Sequence record: SRR2962707_3801
DNA length: 64,000 nt
Strand: one strand, 5' to 3'
Below, piece by piece: positions 37,539 to 47,716 of this stretch. Position 1 is the stretch's first letter. Each line of letters begins with the position of its first letter. The position numbers were made by a program, and so were the translations under genes. A model generated the notes under the pieces. That model searched no databases, had not been told where the DNA came from, and saw nothing but the letters and a program-made list of their open reading frames with translations.

Positions 37539-38717
37539 ATGCAATCAGAGCCAATCAATTTCGATGATACTGCAACAGCCTTTGCGTATCGAAGTACGGG
37601 AGAGCTGAAAAACTCTCACTTTGTTTTTGCATCCATGAAAAAGCCCTGGATGGTAAAGATAGGTACCGTATTAACCACATTTGCCCTGAAGGTAAAACTA
37701 CCGGTAAAAGGGATCATCAAAAAAACGCTGTTCAATCAGTTTTGTGGAGGCGAATCTGTAAAAGATAGCGCAGATAAGATCAAACTGCTGGGAGACTACA
37801 ATGTCCAAACAATTCTAGACTACTCTGTAGAAGGGTTAGAAAATGAAGATGGATATAATGACACGAAAGAGGAGGCCTTGAGGGTAGTAGATTTTGCAGC
37901 GACTAATGATCATATTCCTTTTTGTGTAATGAAGCTTTCAGGGCTGGGATCTACCGCGCTTATGACAAAAGCTCAGAATAAGGAGAAGCTCACTGAAATA
38001 GAAAAAACAAAGCTTTACAACTGTGAGCAACGGGTGGATGAGATTGTGAGAAAAGCCAGTAGCAAAGGCTTGATGGTGATGATTGATGCAGAAGAGTCCT
38101 GGTTTCAGAATTTCATCGATGGGGTGACTTATCGCATGATGGAGAAGTATAACAAGGAACGACCTGTTGTCTATAATACTTATCAGCTTTACCGTCATGA
38201 TGTAATGGACCGAATGAAACGTGCCTTTCTACAAGCCGAGAATGATGGCTATTATTTTGGGGCTAAGTTGGTACGAGGAGCATACATGGAAAAAGAGCGC
38301 GACCGTGCCGAGGAAATGGGCTATGAGTCACCTATACATGATAAGAAAGAAGATGTGGACCGTGATTACGATGAGGCACTTAGGTTTTGTATGAAGCATA
38401 TCGACCGGATGGGGTTGTGCGCCGGAACGCACAATGAAAAGTCCAGCAACTTATTGGTTCAGCTCATGGATGAACATGGCATCTCCAAGAAAGATAATCG
38501 GGTCTTTTTTGCTCAGCTACTTGGAATGAGCGACAATATCTCTTTCAAATTGGCAGATTTAGGTTACAATGTAGCTAAATATGTTCCGTATGGCCCTGTG
38601 GAGAAAGTGCTTCCATACCTCTTCCGAAGAGCAGAAGAGAACACTTCGATAGCCGGACAAAGTGGACGTGAATACAATCTGGTGAAAAAGGAGCTAAAAA
38701 GAAGGAAGAAGGCCTGA
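37539..38717 (+). CDS. Monofunctional proline dehydrogenase
   Basis: 'QFCGGE', 'MIDAEE', 'KLVRGAYMEKE', 'GTHN', 'QLLGM', 'YVPYGP...YLFRRAEEN'. Confidence 0.92.
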   Translation: MQSEPINFDDTATAFAYRSTGELKNSHFVFASMKKPWMVKIGTVLTTFALKVKLPVKGIIKKTLFNQFCGGESVKDSADKIKLLGDYNVQTILDYSVEGLENEDGYNDTKEEALRVVDFAATNDHIPFCVMKLSGLGSTALMTKAQNKEKLTEIEKTKLYNCEQRVDEIVRKASSKGLMVMIDAEESWFQNFIDGVTYRMMEKYNKERPVVYNTYQLYRHDVMDRMKRAFLQAENDGYYFGAKLVRGAYMEKERDRAEEMGYESPIHDKKEDVDRDYDEALRFCMKHIDRMGLCAGTHNEKSSNLLVQLMDEHGISKKDNRVFFAQLLGMSDNISFKLADLGYNVAKYVPYGPVEKVLPYLFRRAEENTSIAGQSGREYNLVKKELKRRKKA

Positions 38718-38757
38718 CAAATAAGATTTACAATTTCAAGAATACAAGCAATAAGAA

Positions 38758-40476
38758 ATGCAGTTAAGCGAACAGGAAATCCAGCGAAGAAAATCTCGTG
38801 AAGAATTGATGGCCATGGGTGTGAACCCGTATCCGGCCGAATCTTTTGATGTGAATGTAACTGCCAAACACATCAAGAAAAATTTTGAATCCAGACCCGG
38901 CGATTATACCAATATTTCCATTGCCGGAAGACTGATGAGTAGACGGATTATGGGATCTGCTTCCTTTGCAGAAATTCAGGATTCCAGCGGAAGAATCCAA
39001 ATCTACATCCGTCGGGATGATATCTGCCCCGGAGAGGATAAGTCGCTTTACAATGACGTTTTTAAGAAGAAGATGGATATCGGAGACATCATCGGGATCA
39101 AAGGATATGTATTCAAAACTGAGGTGGGAGAGATATCCATCCACGTAACAGAACTCAAACTGCTCACAAAATCACTTCGTCCACTACCCATTGTAAAGGA
39201 GACAACTGATGAAGAAGGCAACAAGAAAACCTACGATGCTTTCAAAGATCCGGAGCAACGATATCGCCAGCGATACCTGGATTTGATTGTAAATCCGGAG
39301 GTAAAAGCCACCTTTATTCAGCGGACTAAATTGATCAACTCCATCCGTGAGTTTTTGGCTGGCAAAGGATACCTGGAAGTGGAAACACCGATTCTTCAGC
39401 CATTGTATGGAGGTGCTGCCGCTCGTCCATTCAAAACGCATCACAATACGCTGGACATGACTCTTTACCTGCGTATTGCGAATGAACTCTATTTGAAGCG
39501 ACTGATTGTTGGAGGATATGATGGCGTGTTTGAGTTTGCTAAAGATTTCAGAAACGAAGGGATGAGCCGGTTCCACAATCCGGAGTTCACCCAGGTAGAA
39601 CTCTATGTGGCGTACAAAGACTACAATTGGATGATGGACCTGATGGAGGCGATGATCGAAAAAGTAGCAATGGATCTCCATGGAGATACCAAGGTGCAGG
39701 TAGGAAAGAATGTGATTAACTTCCAGCGACCTTGGAAGCGCTTTACCATGTTTGAAGCGATTGAGCATTTCACTGGAATAGACATTTCGGAGATGGACGA
39801 GAAGGAATTGAGAGAGACTGCTAAGAAGCTGGAAGTGCCTTTGGACGATACCATGGCTAAAGGAAAGATCATTGATGAAATTTTTGGAGAGAAATGTGAG
39901 CCATTACTTATCCAGCCTACCTTCATCACAGACTATCCGGTGGAGATGTCTCCGTTGACGAAAAAACACCGGTCGAAAGAAGGATTGGTGGAGCGATTTG
40001 AGGCGATCTGTAACGGTAAAGAAATCATGAACTCTTATTCCGAGTTGAATGATCCGGTGGATCAGCGTGAGCGATTCGAGGAGCAGCTAGAGCTTGGAAA
40101 GCGTGGAGATGATGAGGCCATGACACTTGATGAAGACTTCCTTCGTGCCCTGGAGTTCGGAATGCCACCCACTGCTGGTGTAGGTCTGGGTATTGACCGA
40201 TTGGCCATGATCATGACCAACTCCAATTCCATTCAGGATGTGCTTTTCTTCCCACAAATGCGACCAGAAGTGAAATCCCGTGCAGCCGAGCTGGAGGGTG
40301 ACGCAAAGGATGTATTCGAGATGCTGGAAAAAGAAGAAAAGGTGGATCTGAATGCACTCAAAGAACAGTCTGGCCTATCCAATAAGAAGTGGGATAAAGC
40401 CATGAAAAAGCTCACGCAAGGAGGTTTTGCTACAGTGAACAAGACAGAAGAGGGCTTGTTTGTGGAGGTGGTTTAA
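38758..40476 (+). CDS. lysS: Lysine--tRNA ligase (class II) with C-terminal extension
   Basis: 'RYRQRYLDL', 'GGAAARPF', 'FRNEG...HNPEFT', '[15 protein letters not shown]'. Confidence 0.97.
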   Translation: MQLSEQEIQRRKSREELMAMGVNPYPAESFDVNVTAKHIKKNFESRPGDYTNISIAGRLMSRRIMGSASFAEIQDSSGRIQIYIRRDDICPGEDKSLYNDVFKKKMDIGDIIGIKGYVFKTEVGEISIHVTELKLLTKSLRPLPIVKETTDEEGNKKTYDAFKDPEQRYRQRYLDLIVNPEVKATFIQRTKLINSIREFLAGKGYLEVETPILQPLYGGAAARPFKTHHNTLDMTLYLRIANELYLKRLIVGGYDGVFEFAKDFRNEGMSRFHNPEFTQVELYVAYKDYNWMMDLMEAMIEKVAMDLHGDTKVQVGKNVINFQRPWKRFTMFEAIEHFTGIDISEMDEKELRETAKKLEVPLDDTMAKGKIIDEIFGEKCEPLLIQPTFITDYPVEMSPLTKKHRSKEGLVERFEAICNGKEIMNSYSELNDPVDQRERFEEQLELGKRGDDEAMTLDEDFLRALEFGMPPTAGVGLGIDRLAMIMTNSNSIQDVLFFPQMRPEVKSRAAELEGDAKDVFEMLEKEEKVDLNALKEQSGLSNKKWDKAMKKLTQGGFATVNKTEEGLFVEVV

Positions 40477-40480
40477 TAAA

Positions 40481-40812
40481 ACCCACCCCTAACCCCTCCA
40501 GGAGGGGATTTGTGAAACTAAGAAGAACCTTATTCTCTTGCCATGGTTTGGTCTCCACAAACCAATCTTGTGAAAATTTTCGTTTCGTGATGACACAAAC
40601 CGAGGCGGAGGAGTGACTTTGAAATTTAAAGTGCCTCCCTATTCCCTTGAGAGGCCCATAGGCCGAATCATGGGAATCTCGTTTTTATGGTAATTGATAA
40701 AGTGCTTAGATTCCCAATTCTCGTTCGTTCCTCACTCGCAAGGGAATACCGAGAAAATGAGGTTTGTAAAAAGATTATTTGAGATAGCTTGGAATTCCCC
40801 TTTGAAGGGGGA
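40481..40812. repeat. Cluster of several different REP-like palindromes
   Basis: CCCCTCC-A-GGAGGGG (40493-40507); degenerate IR 40535-40610; IR 40640-40653/40735-40748 with inner TGGGAATCT/AGATTCCCA; CCCCTT-TG-AAGGGG (40797-40810). Confidence 0.65.
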
Positions 40813-40814
40813 TG

Positions 40815-41231
40815 TTAATTACCCAACCCCAACAACGGCTGATTCTTCACCTTGTGATAAGTTAGAGCAGCTTTGATACACTGCTTCAACTCTTTTTCAG
40901 GAACTTTATCATCCAGTTTGAAGACAATAGCTCGGGTTTTTTCATAATTAAATAAGTCGCCAAAGGCCAGCTGAAAGGAAGGAACGAGCTTGCTGGTGCA
41001 TTTAAAGTACATCGCATACTGGTCAGGTGCTTTCTCTTTCCAATCGATGCGGATGGTGCTGCCGTGCTTGGTGAGGTAGCTGGGTTCACCCCATTTCAAG
41101 GTTTCTTCTAAGTCAGTGATGCCGTTTTCTTTCGCAGTTTCCAGGATGAACTTACGGAGATTAGCAACTTTTTCTCTGGCCTGTGGAGGGTAGGAGGAGA
41201 AGGTGGATTGGACTGTAGAATTAGTTGCCAT
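40815..41231 (-). CDS. DUF1801 (YdhG-like) protein
   Basis: 'LRKFILETA', 'EETLKWGEPSY', 'ALTYH'. Confidence 0.85.
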   Translation of the reverse strand: MATNSTVQSTFSSYPPQAREKVANLRKFILETAKENGITDLEETLKWGEPSYLTKHGSTIRIDWKEKAPDQYAMYFKCTSKLVPSFQLAFGDLFNYEKTRAIVFKLDDKVPEKELKQCIKAALTYHKVKNQPLLGLGN

Positions 41232-41252
41232 GCATCAAATATACTAGGAAAC

Positions 41253-41276
41253 AAAAACCGCCATCCCTGACGGTTT
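41253..41276 (-). terminator. Possible intrinsic terminator
   Basis: AAACCG...CGGTTT stem with an A-run on the + strand, past the SnoaL-like gene stop. Confidence 0.4.
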
Positions 41277-41303
41277 AAGCCTTATGATTCTTTCGCTTCG
41301 AGA

Positions 41304-41681
41304 TTATGCAAACTCCGGCATAGGCGTGTAGAAGAATTGCTCCTTCACTACTTTACCGTCGTTTACTTCATACACACATATCTCATCCATGTTGATGGGA
41401 TGATCCATACCTTTCAGAGTGACTTTAGATTTCATGGTTATGGAGAAAAAGTTCTCCGCAACAATCGGATCAGAGATTTCACTCTCATGAAATTCTGCCA
41501 CCATTTCTTGCCATTCCTGACCTTTTTTAGCAATTGCATCCAGCCCCTGAACCGTACCCCAGAAAGCCCCTTCCGGCTCTACACTTTTGATTTCAGGGGA
41601 ATAAAATTTTTGAATACATTCTTCCCATTTTCCTGCTTTGCATAGAGCTACAAATTCATTAGCTACTTCTTGTGTTGTCAT
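41304..41681 (-). CDS. SnoaL-like / NTF2-family protein
   Basis: ATG 41681 'MTTQEVANEFVALC', 'MDEICVYEVNDGKVVKEQFFY'. Confidence 0.85.
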   Translation of the reverse strand: MTTQEVANEFVALCKAGKWEECIQKFYSPEIKSVEPEGAFWGTVQGLDAIAKKGQEWQEMVAEFHESEISDPIVAENFFSITMKSKVTLKGMDHPINMDEICVYEVNDGKVVKEQFFYTPMPEFA

Positions 41682-41956
41682 TTTTTTATGTGTTAGAGTT
41701 GAACGATTATGATGCAATAGATTTTCTATTGCATTATCAGACGATCCCAACTGAAGTGTTGGGATGTCTGCGTTCAACCCTGACAAAAATGCTATCATAG
41801 CATTTTTCGTCAATTATTCATTGACAAATGAATAATTTGGGTTGAACATGACTCAAAGAAATGAGTTGGAGTGACAGCCCTATGTCACTGACTTTAGTCG
41901 AAATAAAAAAAATCTTCACTCACCGAGAAGGAAATTTTCCGATCTTGGCGGATTCG

Positions 41957-42829
41957 ATGCGGAAGCTACTTTTTATACTTAGTCTTTTGATGTTTCATTT
42001 TGGTCAATCCCAATACCTGGATTTGGCCAAACTGGAGTACACCTACCTTCCGGGTAAGGATGCTAATTTCGAATATCAGCGTCAACGAGCACTTTTCAAT
42101 ATTCCATTTAAGATCAAAGATCAGGGGTACTTCTTTGCGGGACTTGACTTTAGCAATATCCAGTTTAAATACAAAGAAGATCAGGACTTTTTCAACAAAA
42201 GTGAAACGGAGAATTTCAAGTCTTTGGACCTGGCATTTTCCTACATCCACGAGCTTAAGAATGACTGGTATGTTGGAATGCAATTGGCTCCATCATTTAC
42301 CAGCAATCTTGAAGGGAGACTGATTCGAAAAGACTTTCTGGTTTCCGGTCTTTTGGTCTTTGTAAAGAATAAGATGGACAAGGAGGAGGTGAAGAAGCCA
42401 CATCGAATCATTGCAGGAGTATATTACGTGACGACCACTCGATTTCCCGGGCCCATTCCTTTTTTCAGTTATTATCGGAAGTTTCATGAGAAATGGTCGT
42501 ACACCATCGGAGCACCATCCTCAAGCCTGAAGTACTATTTCAATGATAAGAATCGATTGCAGCTTTATGCGGAAGGAGATGGCTTTAATTCAAATATTCA
42601 AAATGGGGTGCTGATCAATGATGAGATATTTGCTGATCGATTAAGGATGTTTTTGATTCTGACAGGGCTTAGGTACGAGTACAGTATTTCAGACTATTTT
42701 GAAGCTTATGTCAACATGACCAGAACGGTGTTTGCTGATGTGCAACTTAGGAAGGGAAAAGAAAATGTATTTTTCCCGTCGATAGATAATGCTATGCTTT
42801 ACCGAATAGGGGTAAGGTGTAGGATTTGA
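41957..42829 (+). CDS. Outer-membrane beta-barrel protein (DUF6268-like)
   Basis: Signal peptide from ATG 41957 (MRKLLFILS); 'PIPFFSYYRKF'; C-terminal beta strand. Confidence 0.72.
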   Translation: MRKLLFILSLLMFHFGQSQYLDLAKLEYTYLPGKDANFEYQRQRALFNIPFKIKDQGYFFAGLDFSNIQFKYKEDQDFFNKSETENFKSLDLAFSYIHELKNDWYVGMQLAPSFTSNLEGRLIRKDFLVSGLLVFVKNKMDKEEVKKPHRIIAGVYYVTTTRFPGPIPFFSYYRKFHEKWSYTIGAPSSSLKYYFNDKNRLQLYAEGDGFNSNIQNGVLINDEIFADRLRMFLILTGLRYEYSISDYFEAYVNMTRTVFADVQLRKGKENVFFPSIDNAMLYRIGVRCRI

Positions 42830-42863
42830 TTCCCCCCCCTGCCTGCCTCCAAAGGGGGAAATT

Positions 42864-44003
42864 TTACTTGAAGAAAGTTCCAAAGAAAGCCTTCCAAAAC
42901 TGGGGTTTGTTTAGTGAGAACATCACCTTAATATCTTCTGATAAACTGCTTTCTTCATCCAAAAACCGGAATACGGATTGTATATCCGGTTTGGTATAAA
43001 GACGAGTGAAGATTTCTTCTCCCAGGTCGTTTCTGGCGGATATCACATTCAGGAATATAGAATCATACATTCTGAATCTCGAAGTTGCGATCCCCTTTTC
43101 AGGTCGTTTTCCTTTTTTGATGTTTTCAACCATCATGGTTGAATAGCGATCGGCATTTTTAAATGAGTATCCAGAAGACGGCCGCACCCAGCCTCCAGCC
43201 GTGCCAATTTTCGTGATGTACTTAGTATGGTGTTTGTGAAATGGGTAATCCGACATAGGGATCATGCCCTGCTCTACTTCTTCAATCTCATAATCGAAAA
43301 GATTTAAGTAGGTTTTGAGATATTTCTCCAGGTATTGATCATACTCACCTACCATCAACAGTTGGTCGTTAAAAAGGGTGAACTCTACCAGTGCTTCCGT
43401 TTCTGAAATGGGGAGGACGTAGGTGAAGCTGGTGCTGTCTTTCCACTTCAGCCGATAATCCATCATGGTAAATGTCTCCTGGTCAAATACCGGTTTTTTG
43501 GTTTTGATAAACCAGCCTTTAAAATGCTGGATCAATGAGTGGTAATTGTCCTGTCGATCATGAAACGCTTGTGGGATACGGCTGTCGAAAATATGTGTAG
43601 CTGAATAATTGTCTTTAGAGCCCACAATTTTCTGACCCTCGATATTGACTACTTCATCTTTGCCCCATGTGATATTTGATGCCGTGGCTAACTCATCTTT
43701 AGCAGAACGATAGAAGTCAGCCGAACGCACCATCTTGTACCGGTAAGGGCTCAGGTCAAAATCAACCGACTCTCGATTGTTAATAAACATTCCCTGAGAC
43801 CAGGTTTTGGTGGCAATTGCGTCCCATTTTGTTTTACCTACTTCCCAGAAGCACCAGGTGCGATCATTGGTACTTTTATCATCTTTATCCAGAATTAAAA
43901 TGGATTTCTCCTTGAAGTAAGTGTCACGGATCATTTTGAGAGCAAGTTGAAGGCCTGCTGCTCCCGCTCCTATAATTGCATAATCTATTTTTTTTATGTC
44001 CAC
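42864..44003 (-). CDS. crtY: Lycopene cyclase family FAD-dependent protein
   Basis: 'IIGAGAAG', 'NDRTWCFW', 'QHFKGWFI', 'MMDYR', 'FTYVLP', 'IGTAGGWVRPSSGY'. Confidence 0.82.
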   Translation of the reverse strand: MDIKKIDYAIIGAGAAGLQLALKMIRDTYFKEKSILILDKDDKSTNDRTWCFWEVGKTKWDAIATKTWSQGMFINNRESVDFDLSPYRYKMVRSADFYRSAKDELATASNITWGKDEVVNIEGQKIVGSKDNYSATHIFDSRIPQAFHDRQDNYHSLIQHFKGWFIKTKKPVFDQETFTMMDYRLKWKDSTSFTYVLPISETEALVEFTLFNDQLLMVGEYDQYLEKYLKTYLNLFDYEIEEVEQGMIPMSDYPFHKHHTKYITKIGTAGGWVRPSSGYSFKNADRYSTMMVENIKKGKRPEKGIATSRFRMYDSIFLNVISARNDLGEEIFTRLYTKPDIQSVFRFLDEESSLSEDIKVMFSLNKPQFWKAFFGTFFK

Positions 44004-44022
44004 ACTACTACTTTAGAAGTTG

Positions 44023-44715
44023 TTAACCTTTATCGATTAGAGACTCAATATATCTTTCGATTAGTATATTAAAATCTTTCGATTTATATGATTCAAGAGT
44101 TTTAATCATGTGATCAGGGACATCTATTCCTTTGTCTATTTTCCCTTCTAAATCATTAATTAAATTGATGAAGTTTAGTAGTTCTGGCGCTTTAGCTGTC
44201 TCTATTTTGGTTAAAATGTTACATCCTTTATTATAGAATGTTACTATTTTTTCCACATCATTTGAATTGAAATCTCCATCAGAAATCTTAGTTACTAAGG
44301 TTGGGCAGTCTCCTAGAAATTGAGTCATGTTTTTTCGGAAGCCGATGTTTGAAACAATCATTCTCTCCCCATTCTCTTTTACAAGAAATTGAATAGCAAA
44401 ATCATAGTCTCCATCATCTCTGACCAGGTATAAACTTAGCTTGCCTTTCTCCACTATTTGAGCAACTACATTTCTGTTTTTAAAAGCAATCATTTCATAA
44501 AAAGTGTCTCCTTTGACAATCTGATTTATTTGAAATATTTTAAGAGTTTGTTTGCCATCTTTTGAATTAACATATACTTCATCATAATACTTGCTTTGAA
44601 TGAAATCAATTTTTCCGGCAATCGTGTCACCAGTTAGAGTGATTAGAAATTCATCTTGTCCGTACAGTTGGAGTGTAAAAAGGATCAAGAAGGAAATAGG
44701 GAAAATAATCTTTTT
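44023..44715 (-). CDS. Hypothetical exported protein (start uncertain, 44715-44724)
   Basis: Signal peptide 'KKIIFPISFL'; 'ITLTGDTIAGKI'; 'FLGDCPTL...FYN'. Confidence 0.65.
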   Translation of the reverse strand, partial: KKIIFPISFLILFTLQLYGQDEFLITLTGDTIAGKIDFIQSKYYDEVYVNSKDGKQTLKIFQINQIVKGDTFYEMIAFKNRNVVAQIVEKGKLSLYLVRDDGDYDFAIQFLVKENGERMIVSNIGFRKNMTQFLGDCPTLVTKISDGDFNSNDVEKIVTFYNKGCNILTKIETAKAPELLNFINLINDLEGKIDKGIDVPDHMIKTLESYKSKDFNILIERYIESLIDKG

Positions 44716-44740
44716 CATAACCAAATAATTTTGCTTCTAA

Positions 44741-44772
44741 TATAAAGGAGCCTTGCAAAAGCAAGACTCCCT
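44741..44772 (-). terminator. Probable terminator of the TonB receptor operon
   Basis: GGAGCCTTGC-AAAA-GCAAGACTCC stem, followed by TTTATA on the minus strand. Confidence 0.55.
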
Positions 44773-44823
44773 ATATACCACTATTACTACTCAAATACTA
44801 AATCAATTATTACAGCTTTTGTT

Positions 44824-45069
44824 CTAGTGCTCCAATTCTGAGCATTGGAATCCTACTTTATCTAGAATTACTGAAATGTTTTCGCAAGACAGTACATATG
44901 ATTCAACCTTCAAAATACGCTCCCAGTCATCAAGATCAACCGTCCACCTATGAATACATCTAAGCTGGCTAAAAGCTCGGTCTACTTTTTTGACATCATC
45001 CGGAGTACTAATATCACTTTTCATTATTAGTATTTTGACTCTTTCTTTCGATTGCGTGATTGTTTTCAT
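44824..45069 (-). CDS. Small ferredoxin-fold / HMA-like protein lacking CxxC
   Basis: 'WTVDLDDWERILKV', 'GFQCSELE'; starts 5 nt after the receptor stop. Confidence 0.7.
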   Translation of the reverse strand: MKTITQSKERVKILIMKSDISTPDDVKKVDRAFSQLRCIHRWTVDLDDWERILKVESYVLSCENISVILDKVGFQCSELEH

Positions 45070-45074
45070 AGCAA

Positions 45075-47477
45075 TTAAAATTGAATTCGGTACATCACAT
45101 CAGGAAAGAAGCCGATTTGCTCGATGATATTGATCTGATCAGTAACTGAATTGTACCTTCTAACAAATTCATTCTTTCTGTTGGTCACATTTTGGAAATC
45201 GACAAAGAACTGATGAGAAACTTTCGGGCGGTTCATGCGCACGCCCAGCTTTACATCCCAACGGAAATATTCACCATAGTTCTCACTGTAAGCAACCTCT
45301 TCCATTCGAATTTCGCGACCAGCATTATTCCTGGTCGCTTGGAGGTCAATAGGAGTATAAGGACGGCCTCCGGAAGTGGTCATTTTCGTGTCAAACGTCC
45401 ATGCGTTTCGTCCATTCGGACCAAACTTCCACTCTTTTCCGAATAGTACATTTAAAACATAGTTGTTGTTAAAAGCGGTGCTCCTTTCTACTCCATCACT
45501 CCCCTCGTATTGTGAGTCAAAAAGTGAGGCGGTAAGGAGCATGTAGTAGTTATTACTAAAGAATTTTTCCAGTGTGGTTTCTATCCCATAGTTGGACCCG
45601 GTACCTTCATTTACAAGTGAACCTTTTTCTTCGAAAATGAAATCATTCCCTTCATTTAGTACAGAATAACTTGATGGCATTCGCTCAACAGGTACATCGT
45701 AGAGGCTTTGGTAATAGACTTCTGTTTTCAGTCTCCAGTCTGTTCCCAGATTACGGTCCATCGCCAGTACAAAGTGATGTGCTTTCATGAAATTCAGATC
45801 AGCATTGGTCCGCTCAGTCATACCAGGGGAAGTTTCTTCCTGATAGAAGAGGACAGGCGAAGGAGGGGCTTGACCATGAAGTCCGTAAGCCAGACTCCAG
45901 CGCTGTACCGTGCTACTTTGCCAGCTCATGGCCACTCGCGGTTCCAGGATGAAATCTTCCATGAATTCATGGTATTGAGTGTGATTACCAAAAGTGGTAG
46001 AAATATTATCTGTGATTTTATACTCAGCCTGAGCGTATGTTTGCAGGAGATTATATTGATCACTCACATTTGTTGTGGTCAGGAAGTAGTCGGGGACACC
46101 ATCGCTATTATTATCTGGAATAGACACACGATCATCTCTGTCTTCAGCAAATAAACTGAGATCATAAGTTTCATTCAGGAATCCTGCTCTCATACTCCAT
46201 CGTGCACTGAATTTGGTATTAAGCGTGGAAGTAACCGTGTATCGGTTTTCTCTATTTCTGACAATTGTTGCGCGATACTTACCGACCAATTCGTCGTTTG
46301 AATCCAGCATGCGGTTATCCTGAATGTATTCATTGTAGTTGGTGGAAGCTCCAAATGAAGTTTTCAAATAGGTATTCTGAGATAGTCTCAATGTGTGAGC
46401 AAGTCCAATAAGTCCCAATTCATTTTCCACGAATGCATCTTGCGAAGGGTCAGCGAACAAATCTGTATCATCAATTTCGTCTCCCAGGAAGTCTATGCTG
46501 CTCTTACCACCAAGCCCAAAAATTTCAAACCTCCCGATCTGGGTATCACCCAGGTTTACTTTGAATGAAAGATCCTGATAGAAAGGAATCGCCGAGGTAC
46601 CTGTTGCTGCCAGACTGGCGATTCCATACCGATAGGATGCTACAAACGAAGAATTATTCTCTCTGCTGATTGGTCCTTCCGCCATGAATTCCAGCCCACT
46701 AAAAGCGGACATTTGTCCGGTGAATTCGAATTTGTCAGTATTCCCATTTCTAAAAAACACATCAAAGACTGCTGCATTGGCATTGCCATATTCTGCGGGA
46801 AAAGCGCCGGTAAGAAAATCAGACGTACGAAGCAAATTGGTATTTAAGGCATTGACAGGCCCGCCGGTCGTTCCTTGGGTAGCAAAGTGATTGGTTGTCG
46901 CAATTGGAATTCCCTCTATCCGCCAAAGCAAACCAACAGGTGAGTTACCTCTAACGACAATATCGTTTCGTGCATCATTGGTGGCGTTTACGCCTGCAAA
47001 GGAAGTAGCCAGTTTAGCCACATCATTTCTTCCTCCTGAGAAACGGGTTACTTCTTCCAGACTAAAGGTTCTGGCACTGACTTTTGCCAGGTCATTAATT
47101 GGAAGGTCTTTGTCTGCATTTGCAGTGACCACAACCTCCTGGAGTTTTTCTACAGACTCCTCCAGCAAAACCCGAAGGACAACCTCTTTTCCTGAGGTTA
47201 CTAAAACGTTGGGCAGGGTAATGCTCTTATACCCGATGTAGGTGACAGCAAAGGTTTGTCTGCCTACAGGAACTCCCTCGATTCGGAATTTTCCATCTAC
47301 GTCAGCGATTGCTCCTTGCACCGGGTCTGACCCTACAAGTTGTATGGTGGCTCCAATCAGTGGGTACTCTGCCTGTGCATCTAAAATGATTCCCTTGACC
47401 GTTTGATTCTGTGCAAGACTGACGATGGATGTCAGAATACCCAGAATAGTAATAATGATAGTTTTAGCGTTTTTCAT
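45075..47477 (-). CDS. TonB-dependent receptor with N-terminal CarboxypepD_reg-like domain
   Basis: 'PLIGATI', 'LQEVVV', plug 'NDIVVRGNSP', 'FLTGAFPAEYGNA', C-terminal 'YRIQF'. Confidence 0.9.
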   Translation of the reverse strand: MKNAKTIIITILGILTSIVSLAQNQTVKGIILDAQAEYPLIGATIQLVGSDPVQGAIADVDGKFRIEGVPVGRQTFAVTYIGYKSITLPNVLVTSGKEVVLRVLLEESVEKLQEVVVTANADKDLPINDLAKVSARTFSLEEVTRFSGGRNDVAKLATSFAGVNATNDARNDIVVRGNSPVGLLWRIEGIPIATTNHFATQGTTGGPVNALNTNLLRTSDFLTGAFPAEYGNANAAVFDVFFRNGNTDKFEFTGQMSAFSGLEFMAEGPISRENNSSFVASYRYGIASLAATGTSAIPFYQDLSFKVNLGDTQIGRFEIFGLGGKSSIDFLGDEIDDTDLFADPSQDAFVENELGLIGLAHTLRLSQNTYLKTSFGASTNYNEYIQDNRMLDSNDELVGKYRATIVRNRENRYTVTSTLNTKFSARWSMRAGFLNETYDLSLFAEDRDDRVSIPDNNSDGVPDYFLTTTNVSDQYNLLQTYAQAEYKITDNISTTFGNHTQYHEFMEDFILEPRVAMSWQSSTVQRWSLAYGLHGQAPPSPVLFYQEETSPGMTERTNADLNFMKAHHFVLAMDRNLGTDWRLKTEVYYQSLYDVPVERMPSSYSVLNEGNDFIFEEKGSLVNEGTGSNYGIETTLEKFFSNNYYMLLTASLFDSQYEGSDGVERSTAFNNNYVLNVLFGKEWKFGPNGRNAWTFDTKMTTSGGRPYTPIDLQATRNNAGREIRMEEVAYSENYGEYFRWDVKLGVRMNRPKVSHQFFVDFQNVTNRKNEFVRRYNSVTDQINIIEQIGFFPDVMYRIQF

Positions 47478-47564
47478 CGTTTTGAGTGTTGATTTTGATG
47501 CTAACCTACGCGTGCAAGGTGGGGGTAGAAATGCTTTTTGGAGTGATATGGGATATTAGATGGC

Positions 47565-47668
47565 TCAAGCAGGAGAATGAGCATCTGAACTGCGGTTATA
47601 ATTGTGTGAAGGAGAGCCCGGTTTCAGCGGCCTTTATTTCGATTTCAAACGCTAAAATCCTCGGTTCA
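47565..47668. promoter_or_regulatory. Two oppositely oriented arrays of 21-bp-period repeats (candidate LytTR sites)
   Basis: TCAA/TGAA/TGAA at 47565, 47586, 47607; TTCA at 47623, 47644, 47665. Confidence 0.6.
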
Positions 47669-47716
47669 CGCAAGTACCATTTTGCTGGCTGGTGTTCACT
47701 ATCTTTATTCACGATA

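Noticed and set aside
40694-40876. 60-aa ORF in the lysS downstream region
   Set aside because: Runs through palindromic repeats and overlaps the convergent DUF1801 gene; no protein features.
41682-41956. Long N-terminal extensions of the two divergent ORFs, and possible TGA-core periodic repeats
   Set aside because: Downstream ATGs give family-typical starts; the TGA cores do not keep a constant spacing.
47486-47716. 77-aa N-terminal extension of kinase 1
   Set aside because: It would fill the entire divergent promoter containing the repeat arrays; ATG 47717 gives a length matching the other two kinases.
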